From Acidobacteriota bacterium (GTDB lineage: Bacteria > Acidobacteriota > UBA4820 > DSQY01), in contig JBMFSH010000047.1 of NCBI GenBank assembly GCA_049967655.1, positions 1 through 17,230 of the forward strand: a stretch of 17,230 nucleotides of DNA. The letters are read 5' to 3'. Position 1 is the stretch's first letter. Each line of letters begins with the position of its first letter. A program made the translations under genes and the position numbers. A model generated the notes under the pieces. It saw only the letters and a program-made list of their open reading frames with translations, was not told where the DNA came from and ran no database searches. Shown piece after piece: positions 1 to 10,338 of the stretch.

Positions 1-110
1 GAGAGGTTGACGGCCCCTTCCGGAGGCTCCGCGGCCCGGGAGGGGACGGCCCCCAAGGCCAGGCCCAATGCACACGCTGCTATCGCCCATCCGAAGGTCT
101 TCAGCTTCAT
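1..110 (-). CDS. 5' end of a secreted protein, truncated by the window edge; probably a TolC-family outer-membrane efflux channel
   Basis: Not in the ORF track. ATG at 110 with GGAGG 5 nt upstream; translates MKLKTFGWAIAACALGLALGAVPSRAAEPPEGAVNL..., a Sec signal peptide (basic n-region, hydrophobic core, SRA/AE cleavage). The TolC identity is inferred only from its position after adaptor, ATPase and permease genes. Confidence 0.6.
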   Translation of the reverse strand, partial: MKLKTFGWAIAACALGLALGAVPSRAAEPPEGAVNL

Positions 111-223
111 CCCGCCCTCCTGGTCTAGAGGCGCCGTCCAACAGGGACCGCGGCCTCTGCACTTCCATCCTCTGCACAAACATCATGGCCTTGTTGCCTG
201 GAGATCTTGTCCCAGCCACATTC

Positions 224-1441
224 TTACCCCGGAGAGACGAGGGCTCTGGCGGGGTCGAGGTAGGCGGCGCGGAGGGCGGGAGCCAGGCCCGAGAGGAGGC
301 CGAGCCCCACGGAGAGGGCGAACGACAGCGCCGCTCCGCTCCAGGGCCAAACGAGCGGCCAGCCAGCGGTAAGGCAGACGAGGGCGGTCCCGCCGAAGCC
401 GGTCAGCGCGCCGGCCGCCCCGCCCGTCCCGGAGAGGGCAGCGGCTTCTGCCAGGAACTGGAGCGCCACGGCTCCCCGCGTGGCTCCGATGGCCCGCCTC
501 AAGCCGATCTCCCCCGTACGCTCTCGCACCGAGAGGAGCATCACCGCCGCGATGCCGGCGCAGCCTGTCAGCAGCGAGACTCCGGCCACGGCCTCCATGA
601 GTCCCTGGAAAGCCGCACCCATGTCGTGCTGGGCCTTGAGGAGCTCCGCCGGATCCTGGATGGTGAAATCGTTGCCCCGGTTGAGGGGCAGGCGGTGGGC
701 CTGGCGCAGGACGGCGATCATGCGTCCCATGGTGGCGCCCAGATCCGCTCCGGGGCGGGCCTGGACCTCGATGCTCGCCAGATAGGAGACGCCGAAGAGC
801 CGGCCCATGGCCGTGGTGAGGGGAACATAGAGGGTATCGGCCCCCTGTTCGTCCGCTCCGCCCTCGTCCTGGACTACGCCCACGACCCGAAAAAGGACAC
901 CCCCCACGCGCAGATCCGCACCCAGTGGCCGGGCTCCCAGGCGCAGGTCCCGTACCGTTCTGGCACTCAGCACGGCCAGCCGGGCCTGGCCCCGAGTCTC
1001 CTCTGGCGTGAAGAACCGTCCGGCTGTCAGGTGTAGCCTCGACATGGCAAAATAGGGCGGCTCGACCCCCAGCACCGACACCAGCCCCTTCTCCCGGCCG
1101 CACGTCACGACCTTTTGGTCTCCGGCGATGCCCGAGGCCGAGGTGAGCTGGGGAACCTCCTGGAGGAGGGTTGCAGCATCAGCCGGCACGAGCGTGGTGA
1201 ACGACGCCACCTGCATCTGCCGGTTGCCGATGGGTTGGAACTCCCCCGCCTGGACCACGAGCACGCGGGTCCCCAGGGCGTCGAGACGGCGGTTCAGGTC
1301 CTTCTGGGCCGACTGCCCCGTCCCCAGCATGAGCGTCACCGCGCAGACCCCTACAAAGACCGCTGAGCAGGACAAGAAGGTCCTCGCCTTGTGAGCGACC
1401 AAAACCCCCAGCGAGGAGGCAAGCAGGCGGCGTGCCATCAT
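224..1441 (-). CDS. ABC transporter permease, MacB/FtsX family
   Basis: 405 aa; N-terminal TM helix, large periplasmic domain, three C-terminal TM helices, and the family motif [27 protein letters not shown]. Confidence 0.92.
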   Translation of the reverse strand: MMARRLLASSLGVLVAHKARTFLSCSAVFVGVCAVTLMLGTGQSAQKDLNRRLDALGTRVLVVQAGEFQPIGNRQMQVASFTTLVPADAATLLQEVPQLTSASGIAGDQKVVTCGREKGLVSVLGVEPPYFAMSRLHLTAGRFFTPEETRGQARLAVLSARTVRDLRLGARPLGADLRVGGVLFRVVGVVQDEGGADEQGADTLYVPLTTAMGRLFGVSYLASIEVQARPGADLGATMGRMIAVLRQAHRLPLNRGNDFTIQDPAELLKAQHDMGAAFQGLMEAVAGVSLLTGCAGIAAVMLLSVRERTGEIGLRRAIGATRGAVALQFLAEAAALSGTGGAAGALTGFGGTALVCLTAGWPLVWPWSGAALSFALSVGLGLLSGLAPALRAAYLDPARALVSPG

Positions 1442-1465
1442 GGGTGAAAGTTCCGCGAGCCTTCG

Positions 1466-2143
1466 TCAGGCCACAGACCGGTCGAATTCCACGGTGCCGT
1501 CCCGAAGCGCTACGACCCGCTTGGCCCGAGCAGCCACGGCGGGATCATGCGTAACGAGGACGAGCGTTCGCCCCTGGGCGTGGAGCTGGTCGAAAAGATC
1601 CAGAATTTCGGCACCGGCCTTCTGGTCCAGGTTCCCCGTGGGCTCGTCGGCCAGGATGAGCGCCGGCTCGTTGATGAGGGCCCTAGCAATGGCCACCCGC
1701 TGTTGCTGCCCACCGGAGAGGGCATAAGGCTTGTACTTGACGCGATCCCCGAGTCCCACCTGCTCCAGTAGCCCCTTGCCGCGCTCCTTGGCATTTTTCG
1801 GGTAGTGCGGCGAATACAACAGGGGCAGCAACACATTGTCCAAGGCGGAGATCCTGGGCAGCAGGTGGAAGAGCTGGAAGACGAACCCGATGCGCTGGTT
1901 ACGGAGGCGTGAAAGGGCCCTGTCGCCCAGGTCCGTGACATCCTCTCCATCGAACAGGTAGCGGCCGCCCGAGGCCGAATCCAAGAGCCCAAGGACGTTC
2001 ATGAGGGTGCTCTTGCCCGTCCCGGAGGGGCCCATGAGGGCCACGTATTCGCCCTGTTCGATGGTGAGATCGATCCCCCGGAGCACCGGCGTCTCCACCC
2101 CACCCGCTTGGTAGGTCTTCTCTATCTTCTGGAGCTGGATCAT
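1466..2143 (-). CDS. ABC transporter ATP-binding protein, LolD/MacB type
   Basis: Start reassigned to ATG 2143 (AGGAGG upstream; MIQLQKIEK, 225 aa). Walker [10 protein letters not shown], signature LSGGQQQR, Walker [13 protein letters not shown]-loop VTHD. Confidence 0.95.
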   Translation of the reverse strand: MIQLQKIEKTYQAGGVETPVLRGIDLTIEQGEYVALMGPSGTGKSTLMNVLGLLDSASGGRYLFDGEDVTDLGDRALSRLRNQRIGFVFQLFHLLPRISALDNVLLPLLYSPHYPKNAKERGKGLLEQVGLGDRVKYKPYALSGGQQQRVAIARALINEPALILADEPTGNLDQKAGAEILDLFDQLHAQGRTLVLVTHDPAVAARAKRVVALRDGTVEFDRSVA

Positions 2144-2159
2144 GGGACCTCCTCTTTCA

Positions 2160-3242
2160 TCACGCCCCACCGCTCTGAGCCTGAGGAAGGAGGACCTCTT
2201 CCCCTTCGGACAGGCCGTCCTTGATGGGAATCTCTCCACCGCTCTGCGAACCGCAGACCACGACCTTTTTCTGGGGCTTGCCCTTCACCACCACCGTCAC
2301 GTAGCTGCTCCCCTGGGCGTCATACTGAACCGCCCCCGCGGGGACCACGAGGGCCGCCCGGTGTTCGCCCGTCTCGATGGAAACGGTGGCCGTCATGGCG
2401 GGACGTAGAATCCCCTTGGGGCCCTTCTGGATGGTGAGCAACACCACGTAGTTGACGACGTTGTTGCGCACCATCGCCTGGGGAATCACGGCCTGCACCG
2501 TTCCGTGGAAGGTCTCCGAGGGCGCCGCATCCACGGTGAAGGTAGCGCTCTGCCCGGGCTTCACGTGCCCGATGTCCACCTCGTCCACGTAGGCATCCAC
2601 CTGAAGGCGGTTCAGGTCTACGATCGTGACGAAGGTCGGTACCGCGAAGCTCGCGGCCACCGTCTCGCCCTCCTGCGTCGAAATGGCCGTGACCGTGCCT
2701 GAAATGGGTGCCCTCACGGTGGCGTAGCCTTGCATGATGCGCGCTGAGGCCAAGTGGCTTTGAGCACTTTCGAGAGCCGCCTTATCCACCGTGACGGTCT
2801 CGCGGGCAATGTCCAGGTCCTCCGGCGAGACGATGCCCTCCCGCTCCAAGCGGACCCGGCGCGCGAGAACCAGCTTGTCCAGATCCAGCTTGGCCCTGGC
2901 CTCCTTCACCGCTGTCCCGGCGTCCCGGACGGCCTGGTCCAGATCCGCGTGCTCGATCTCCGCCAGCACCTCGCCGGTCTGGACGGTGTCACCCACCTTT
3001 ACGTAGAGCTTCTGGAGAAGGCCTGAAATGCGGGGGCCCACCTTTACGTCCGCCCCCACCTGTGGCGTGATAGTGCCCGTGGCCGAGACGGTGCTCTCGA
3101 GCGTTCGCTGCTTCACCCGGACCAGCGTGCCGGTCACCTGGGCTTTCGGCTTCTTGCACCCCGCCAGACCAGCCAGGGCCACCACGGCCACGAGGGCCAC
3201 CATGACCCCTCTGCCCCTCCTGCACCGCCTCCTATGTACCAT
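2160..3242 (-). CDS. Efflux periplasmic adaptor (membrane fusion protein), MacA-like, predicted lipoprotein
   Basis: Likely start ATG 3242 (MVHRRR.., 360 aa); lipobox LAGC; lipoyl motifs VGPRISG..LYVKVGDTV and VRAPISGTV; VDEVDIGHVKPGQ; LRPAMTA. Confidence 0.9.
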   Translation of the reverse strand: MVHRRRCRRGRGVMVALVAVVALAGLAGCKKPKAQVTGTLVRVKQRTLESTVSATGTITPQVGADVKVGPRISGLLQKLYVKVGDTVQTGEVLAEIEHADLDQAVRDAGTAVKEARAKLDLDKLVLARRVRLEREGIVSPEDLDIARETVTVDKAALESAQSHLASARIMQGYATVRAPISGTVTAISTQEGETVAASFAVPTFVTIVDLNRLQVDAYVDEVDIGHVKPGQSATFTVDAAPSETFHGTVQAVIPQAMVRNNVVNYVVLLTIQKGPKGILRPAMTATVSIETGEHRAALVVPAGAVQYDAQGSSYVTVVVKGKPQKKVVVCGSQSGGEIPIKDGLSEGEEVLLPQAQSGGA

Positions 3243-3512
3243 CGTGAACCCCCGTATTCGAGATGGGCTTCCAAACCAGCCCGGCCTGCCTCCATGTTGA
3301 TACGAGACCGTGAGCCACAGTATGCGCCGAGCTCCAGCCACCTGCCCGAGCACTACGGAAAGAAGACCACCGCAGAAACCACGTGGATTTCGATCCCGCT
3401 GGGTTGGATCCACGCCCCCCTTGCTTCGTCGCAAGCCCCCGTTCTACATGGCCCATTCTCTTCAGCGCCGGCCGCCACCTCATAGGAATAGACGGCCCGG
3501 CCCCTATCCTGT

Positions 3513-5783
3513 CTAGCCGGCGCCCGAGTGCCCCTGCTCCTTACGGTTCCCCTGGCCTTGAGCCAGAACGGCATAGGCCCCCCCGAGGGCCAAGAGCTCC
3601 GCATGCGTCCCCTGCTCCACAATCCGGCCGCTTTCCAGCACCCAGATCCGGTCGGCGTTTTGAACCGTGCCCAGCCGGTGGGCGATGATGAGCCGCGTGC
3701 AGCCCAGCCGGGCCAGATTGGCGTGAATGCTGGCTTCTGTAGGAGGGTCCAGCTCACTCGTGGCCTCGTCCAGGAGGAGAATGGCCGGCCGCCGGACCAG
3801 CGCCCTGGCCAAGCAAATACGCTGGCGCTGCCCCCCGCTGATGTTGTTCGCCATTTCCGAGAGCAGGGTGTCGTAGCCCATCGGCATGGCTTCGATGTCA
3901 TCGGCGATACACGCCCGCCGCGCCGCCTCGCGGACCCGTTCAAAGGGCACGTCGGAGGCCCCGATCGTGATGTTGCGCCGGATGGTATCGTTGAAGAGAA
4001 AGGCATTCTGAACCACTACCCCCGTCTGCCGCCGCAGGCTGGGAAGATCGAGAACGGAGAGGCTCTTCCCATCCCACAGGACCTCCCCTTTCGTGCAGGG
4101 GTAGAGCCCCAGCAACACCTTGGCCAAGGTGCTTTTACCGGAGCCTGACTTCCCAACGAGAGCCACCAGCGCGCCTTCGGGCACCGTGGCGCTCACCTCT
4201 TTCAGAACCCACGGAGACTGCGGCCCGTAACGGAAGGACACATCCCGTACCTCGATTTGGCCTCGCAGCTCGGGGGCCGCTTGGGGGTGCCTCGGCTCGG
4301 GCGGCTCTTCAAAGACCTCTTCCAGCCGCCCCAGGTGCGTCCCCATGACCTGGAAGCTTTGCATGTTGTTCACGAGGGAGTTGAGCGGAGCGAGAAAGGC
4401 CCCGGCCAGGGCCGCAAAGCCCAGCATCTCCCCTAGGCTCAAGTCCCCCTGCAGCACGAGACGGGCGCCGTAGAGGAGCAACAGAAGAGGGCTCGCCACG
4501 GTCAGGACTGTACCCAGGCTTCTCAAGAGTACACCCCGTTTCTGCCGCCTGAACGAGGCCAGAAGCTGCTGCCCGAAGAATCCACGCCACGCTTGAAAGA
4601 CTTCGTCCTCCGCCCCCGAGGCTTTGATGGTTTCCACCCCCCGCAGGACCTCCACGAGGTAGCTCTGGCTGCGGCTCTGGGCCGCGATATCCTGGTGCAC
4701 CGGCCCCTGCATGACTTTGGCCTCCACCAGGGCCCACGCCACTTGCAGGACCGCCAGGGACAGGACCAGCAGCGCGAGAGGCCCATTCGTGGCCATCATC
4801 ACGCCCAGGTACAACACCACCAGCAGCCCATCCGTAGAGAGCGAGAGCAACTGTTGGGACAGCAATTCCCGCACGAGCGAGTTGCTGGAGAGGCGCATCA
4901 TCAGGTCGCCGGCCGACCGCACCTGAAAGAAAGAAAAAGGCAGAGACAGCAAGTGCTCAAAGAATCCCGCCATGGTGTGCTCGTCCACCATGACCTGCAG
5001 GCGGAGGAGGAGAAGACTTCGCCCCAGCGATACCACCCCATAGGCGGCCAGGTACAATCCCAATCCCAGGGCGGCCACACGCAGGCCTGGCAGAGAGTGG
5101 GCCGGTACGACCCGGTCCACGACATACGCCGTCAAAAGAGGCAGGGCCAACCCCAGCGCTTGAACAGCGAGGGACAAGAGGGCCACGAACGAAAGCGTGC
5201 CCCGCCGCTCCAGAAGCATGCGAAGAGGCCTTCGCCACGGCCGCTGCTTCTCCGCCTGGCCCTCGTACCCAGACAGGGGATCGAAGATCAGGGCCACGCC
5301 CGTAAACGACTTCCCCAGTTCCTCGATCGGCACGCAGGACCGTCTGCCCTCTGGGTCCAGGATCTCCGCACCTTTCCGGCCCACCTGGGCAAGCACGACG
5401 AAGTGCTGGAAGTTCCAGTGGAGAATGGCGGGGAGGGGCAAGTCCTTAAGGGCAGAGAGTTCAGCCCGCACGCCCTGCCCTCTCAGCCCGAAGGCCCGCG
5501 CGGCCCTGACGATCTGCTGGGCGGTCACCCCGTCGCGCACGATCCCCATTGCTTCGCGAATGTCGCGAAGTGGCACCTCGTGCCCGTAGGCCCCCAACAC
5601 CATCGCTAGGCAGGCAGCGCCGCAGTCCGTGGCGGTGGTTTGCACCACCAACGGCACCCGCCTCCGTCGCTCCCCCCACGGAAGACGCAGGGGTAGAAAA
5701 CCAGCCCGGTTGCCCAGGTGGTGTTGCAGGGCCTCGTCGCGAAAGAGGTTGGGCTGGGACCGCGCCTTTCGTTTCCGGGTCAT
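3513..5783 (-). CDS. lanT: Peptidase-containing ABC exporter (C39 peptidase + TMD + NBD), lanthipeptide leader removal and export
   Basis: 756 aa; C39 motifs QTTATDCGAACLAMV, ILHWNFQHFVVL and ILDP; Walker A GKSGSGKST, ISGGQRQR, LLLDEATSELD, IAHRL. Start overlaps the lanB stop (ATGA, 5780-5783). Confidence 0.95.
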   Translation of the reverse strand: MTRKRKARSQPNLFRDEALQHHLGNRAGFLPLRLPWGERRRRVPLVVQTTATDCGAACLAMVLGAYGHEVPLRDIREAMGIVRDGVTAQQIVRAARAFGLRGQGVRAELSALKDLPLPAILHWNFQHFVVLAQVGRKGAEILDPEGRRSCVPIEELGKSFTGVALIFDPLSGYEGQAEKQRPWRRPLRMLLERRGTLSFVALLSLAVQALGLALPLLTAYVVDRVVPAHSLPGLRVAALGLGLYLAAYGVVSLGRSLLLLRLQVMVDEHTMAGFFEHLLSLPFSFFQVRSAGDLMMRLSSNSLVRELLSQQLLSLSTDGLLVVLYLGVMMATNGPLALLVLSLAVLQVAWALVEAKVMQGPVHQDIAAQSRSQSYLVEVLRGVETIKASGAEDEVFQAWRGFFGQQLLASFRRQKRGVLLRSLGTVLTVASPLLLLLYGARLVLQGDLSLGEMLGFAALAGAFLAPLNSLVNNMQSFQVMGTHLGRLEEVFEEPPEPRHPQAAPELRGQIEVRDVSFRYGPQSPWVLKEVSATVPEGALVALVGKSGSGKSTLAKVLLGLYPCTKGEVLWDGKSLSVLDLPSLRRQTGVVVQNAFLFNDTIRRNITIGASDVPFERVREAARRACIADDIEAMPMGYDTLLSEMANNISGGQRQRICLARALVRRPAILLLDEATSELDPPTEASIHANLARLGCTRLIIAHRLGTVQNADRIWVLESGRIVEQGTHAELLALGGAYAVLAQGQGNRKEQGHSGAG

Positions 5784-8700
5784 AGTACGGCTTCGAGGCG
5801 CTCCGTCCGGTTCGCCTCCTTTTTGAGCCGGGCCATGCGGGATTCGCAGGCTTGCGCCAAGAAGGTGTAGAGCACCGCTTCATGGGCCCTGGCCCTGGCC
5901 CGCACCATGCGGTTGATGTGCATGTGCAGAAGGCTGGCCGCCAAGTCCGGCAGAGAGACCGTTATGTGGCCTTGCCGTCTCTTCTTGCGGAGGGCCGCGA
6001 TCACGGGGGCCATCTTGCGCGACCGCTCTTCCAAGACCCGCAACCCAGGAATCATGCTGGGGTCCCCGGATTCACCCATCTCCAGCAGGGTCTCCACCGC
6101 AGCCCTCTCCTTGCGGTACCGGCCGCCCAGGGCCTTCTTCAGCGCCACCGTGCCACCGAACTCCTGGAAGTACCCCTCTTTGAGACGGGTGAGCAGCGCC
6201 AGGGCAGTAGGATTTTCCAGGGCAAGATCCCCCAGCAGCCGGCTAGCGCCAATCAGGGCGAGCTTCCACCGTGCCTGGGCGCCCGCATCCCCCGTAAGGC
6301 CTCCCAGAATCCCAATCACAGCTTCGCTGTCCGCCTGAAATAGTTGCTCACAAAGCAGCATCCCCTCCGGCCCGCCGTACCGCTCCACCTCCCGCTCGTA
6401 GGTACAAATCTCCAGTCGGTGGAGAAGGCCAGCCCGGAGGTGTTTCTCCGCCTGCGCCCGGATCTCCGCCAGCACCTCCAGCAACAACCGCTGCGGTGCC
6501 CCGTGAAACCGCACCCGAAGGTGCGGATCGGGATCCGCGTAACGAATGAAGAACCACCCATCGGCCGCCTGGGAATGAAGGGCCTGTCGTACAAGGGGCG
6601 TCACTAGGCCCAGTAGCAACCGGTCCGCATTGGCCAGCCCGCAGTAGAATTTGACGTAGAGCCATTCGGAGCCCGGCGGGAAGGTGCGGGGCAGCCCTTT
6701 GCGGGGGAGGCTCGGAGCCGCATGGGTAGGCTGGTCCGCTGGTGGAGAAAAGAGGCGCGCTTCCGGACCGTTGTGGGAGGTGCGCACAAAGGGGATCACG
6801 AGCTCGTGAACAAACTTCCCCTCCGGTCCCTCCACACACCATTCGCCGGCGCCAGGATACAGCTCCAGCAGCACGGTTTCCGGGCGGTTCTTGACGTACT
6901 CGGCGAAGGTGTCCACCGCCAAGGGTAGTTCAAAGTCAATGAGAAGCTCATTATCTCCTTCGGCGAGATAAGCGAACCTGGGTATTCGTTTGTGCCCGGC
7001 CCACGCTTGAATGCGGCGAACCCGCTCTTCCCCCTGACCTTTACCCAGCGCCTCCATCTCCTGCCGCCGCAACCGCCACCGAGCCCGCGAAAAAACCAGC
7101 CGCCCCCAACGGACACGCGGCAGGAACGAACTTTGCTCCAGAAGCCCCCAGTTCCAGAAGAGCCCCGCCGCCACCTTGTGGTGCTGGAGCTGGCACAAGA
7201 ACCGGTAGGCCTTCAGGTTGAACGGAGAGCCGTAGTTATGGGCATTCGTCAGGCGAGGAATCACCTCCTTGCCTAGCCTCCGTGAACGCAGTGCGATCCG
7301 GCCACCCCGAACCGAGACCAGAAGGTCTTGCAACGGAAGTTGCTTCTCCTCCGGCGCGCTGGAGCGGCCGAGAAATGGGATCTCATAACTCCTCAATACC
7401 GGCCGGAAAACCACATTGCCGATCCGTCCCTCGGGCACGTGAGCGATCTCCGCGAACACCGCTTCGGGCTTTAGCGCCTCTTCCGCCTGAAGGTGCTCTT
7501 TCACTCTCCGGGTCAACTCCTCATCCATCGGGCAAAAGCGCCCGAGCAGGTTGGCGCCGGATGGGCCCGAAGCGGCGTGAATCCAAAGCCTGAAGTCACC
7601 CTGGTTCACCGCTTCACAAGAGGGCGCGGCCAACGTGGCCATCACGGAGAAGGCATCCGGCAGGGGAGGTGGATTCGGAGCCGACAGCGCTTCCATCTCC
7701 TTGCCATCCAACTCCATCTCCAGGTCTCCACTCCGGGCCGCCTCCTCCACCCGCGGCCAGAGAACGGGTTCAACCCTCGACCAGCGAACATCCGGTGCCG
7801 CACCCGCCCGCCCCAGGGGCAGGCCTTCTAGGAGCGGCGAAGCTATGCCCTCTTGCCCCTGCGAGCGCTCGAAGCCCACCCCCCACTCCTCGTCCAGGGC
7901 CGCGAGCAGGGGAATCTCTTGCCCTCCATAGCGCTCTTCGAAAACCCGGGCAAAGGCCTCCAGGGGATCGTCCCGCCGGGGGGGGTCATGCCGTGGAGGA
8001 CTTCCACGCCTTTCAGGATTTCCCGGATGACCCTCTCGCCCAGCGTGGCCGTCACCACGGGCTTGCGCATGTCCACCTGGAAGAGATGCTGAATCTCTAC
8101 GGGAGCGGGCAACGATTCCCGAAGGCCGGCGGCAATGGCTTCGTACCGGGCTGGCTCATGGCCCATGCCCCCGCTGTCTAGCTCCCGGAGAGCCTCCACG
8201 GCCTGCGCCAGCGCCTTCCCCAGCGGCGCTGTAGCCTCCTGCGAAGCCAATTCTCCAGCAAGCACCTCCGCCGCCTCTTCGCCGGTCACGAGCGGCTCAC
8301 ACTCCGGCACTAGTATCTGGCTCTCCACGAGCTGGGCCAGGTAGCCTTCAGCCTCGTCGGCGGAGACGCCCCCAAACCTCTCCACGAGGCCTGCGACCAG
8401 GGCGGACCCGGTCACTCCCCACCGTGCCGCCTCCACGACCTCCCGCAAGTAGGGAGTCCTTTGCACCTGAACCTGGTGGTAGCTTCTCCGCTGGCCGTTG
8501 AAGCGCCCCTCGGCATACAGGTACCCCTCCGGAGTTTCCTGAAGGCTTGAATTCGCCCGGAACCGCAAAGCCAGCCGTACCTCCGGACGCTTCAAAAGGG
8601 CCTGGACCAGCCCGTGAAGGTATTCAAAGTCCAGCCGCGTCTTGCGCTGGTAGTGCTCCCTCCCCACCAGCTCAAGGCGCGTCTCCTTCCCTACTTCCCC

Positions 8701-8991
8701 CAACGAATAGCCCGCAAACAGCCCAAAAGGCGTGGCCCGGTACGCCATGCGGGAAGAATAGCGGTACAGCGCCCTCGCCCGCCGCCCCTCCTTCCCCGCA
8801 GGCTCTTTGCTCCCGCCGTCCCCACCCGCTTGCCCGCCGAACTCCGGAGAACCCAGCCATACCGCTTCGCGAGACCGGTCGTCTGCGCCAAGCATCCCCC
8901 CCGCTGATGCTAGCAGCTTCTCCCCTTGGGATTGCGAAAGAAGAGGGGTGCGCAATACAATGAAACTAGCCTGGAAAGGAAGAGCGGCCAT
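5780..8991 (-). CDS. lanB: Class I lanthipeptide dehydratase, frameshifted at a C8 tract (7978-7985); 1070 aa if one C is added
   Basis: ORF 7843-8991 carries LRTPLL and YSSRMAYRATPFGLFAG. The -1 frame continues DDPLEAFARVFEERYGGQEIPLLAALDEEWGVGF into ORF 5780-7879 with GPSGANLLGRF, GNVVFRP, PRLTNAHNY, FLPRV and the elimination-domain motifs WLYVKFY, WFFIRYADPDPHLRVRF, YEREVERYGG, HMHINR. Confidence 0.93.
7978..7985 (-). repeat. C8 homopolymer (coding strand) at the lanB frameshift
   Basis: Coding strand reads ATG ACC CCC CCC GGC GGG ACG; C9 gives ATG ACC CCC CCC CGG CGG GAC GAT CCC CTG, which joins the two lanB ORFs. Confidence 0.85.
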
Positions 8992-9006
8992 AGCGCGAGA
9001 ACGGCC

Positions 9007-10338
9007 CTACATAGGACACGGTGGCATGTCTAACAACATACACCGGTCCCACATCGGCTCTACATCACTCACCGCCGCCAAGAGAGCCAGCCCGACGCCA
9101 CACGCTCCGTTGAGAAGACCTGGATTGTAACGCCAGAGAGGCTTCCCTGTTGTAAAGTTAGACATTTCGTATGTCCACCCACCAATTCCAGTACCAGGGT
9201 CCCGGCACTCCAATAGGGCACGGAACCAGCGGCGAGAGGCTTCCTTAAGCCGCCCTTCTCCCGTCGCTTGATAGGCCCGGTTGAATATGTGCGCCACACT
9301 GGCCAGACCATGGCACAGTCCAGGGCCGGTAGTTCCGGCTTCCTTAAGGGGTCTTTCACTTGCCTTGACGAAGGTATCGAGCGCCACCCGTCTCCATTCA
9401 GGTACATCCAGGCATACGCCCGCCATCCACAGACTCACAGCGATGGGCAGATCACCATAGCACCAGCGCAGGCGGGATGCATGAGGCTCAACATTTTCGG
9501 CCACCACTTCAGGGAAGAAAGAGCCCTCGTCATTGGAGAGACGCTGCTCTAATAGCCAGGCTACCGATCGCCTAAGCAGGGACGACACTTCTTCTCTCTC
9601 GAAACCGGCCTTATAAAGTTTAGCAAGAAAGGCGATCGCACCGGGATCACCGTGTGCCATGCCGAGATTACAATAACCGCTGGGATAGAGGTCTCGCATT
9701 TTGCCGGAAAGTATTTCTGGCGGGATGAACCAAGAGATAAGCTGCTGCTCTCTTCTTGCCAGGATGCCCATGCGAGACAAGATGGCGCGAAGGGCTCTGC
9801 TATATAGATCTGAACCAGGCCTGGTCAGAAAGTAAACGCCAAGGCCGGCGAGACCAAAAAGCAACTCAAAGCTTTGGCCTTGCCTTGTGTCTTCCAGTGA
9901 GGCGAGGGACAAGGCTTCGGCCTGCTCGCCTCCGATATCTTCAAAGCACTGGCAGCTCTCTGGGACTATCTTATCCAGCAAGACCGCCGAGAATAGAAAA
10001 CCAGGGAACCCTTCGTAGAGAGTGTTTCCCATCGTTGCACCGCTTGCCTGGTCAATGGCGCGGTTCATCTGCTCTGCCGCCGCGTCTAGCCACTCACCCT
10101 CCCGGCTGAAGCGGGCGAGCTCTCCGTAGAATAATGCGATGCCTGCGTGGCCCTGGGCGAGCGAGGCTGCGGTGATGGCGGTGCGGGTGGATGTGAATCC
10201 TAGCTCGGTTAGTTCTTCCAGAGGAAACAGACTCGACTCGGTTCCACCGGCCAAGTCTTGGGCAAGGCTTCGAATGGCTTCGATGGCCCCTTGCCTGGCT
10301 CCTCGGTCAAGAACAGGCTTCCAAGCCAGAGTATTCAC
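9007..10338 (-). CDS. lanC: Lanthionine cyclase
   Basis: 443 aa; NLGMAHG, zinc-ligand motifs RWCYGD and GLCHG, C-terminal GLLNGACGVGLALL..WDRCMLL. GTG start overlaps the upstream stop (GTGA, 10335-10338). Confidence 0.95.
   Translation of the reverse strand: MNTLAWKPVLDRGARQGAIEAIRSLAQDLAGGTESSLFPLEELTELGFTSTRTAITAASLAQGHAGIALFYGELARFSREGEWLDAAAEQMNRAIDQASGATMGNTLYEGFPGFLFSAVLLDKIVPESCQCFEDIGGEQAEALSLASLEDTRQGQSFELLFGLAGLGVYFLTRPGSDLYSRALRAILSRMGILARREQQLISWFIPPEILSGKMRDLYPSGYCNLGMAHGDPGAIAFLAKLYKAGFEREEVSSLLRRSVAWLLEQRLSNDEGSFFPEVVAENVEPHASRLRWCYGDLPIAVSLWMAGVCLDVPEWRRVALDTFVKASERPLKEAGTTGPGLCHGLASVAHIFNRAYQATGEGRLKEASRRWFRALLECRDPGTGIGGWTYEMSNFTTGKPLWRYNPGLLNGACGVGLALLAAVSDVEPMWDRCMLLDMPPCPM

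Noticed and set aside
3243..3512. Second precursor peptide or small gene between lanT and the adaptor (ORF 3232-3483 and others)
   Set aside because: No leader motif, double-Gly site with Cys/Ser-rich core, or convincing RBS; only a weak imperfect hairpin after the lanT stop.
5780..7879. lanB as a naturally split two-gene dehydratase
   Set aside because: The break is inside the glutamylation domain, and conserved residues continue upstream of the GTG at 7879 in the same frame up to the C8 run.
68..9552. Long plus-strand and alternate-frame ORFs over the cluster (68-1036, 183-1103, 3528-4148, 4593-5609 and others)
   Set aside because: Shadow ORFs of GC-rich genes whose true frames have clear family motifs.
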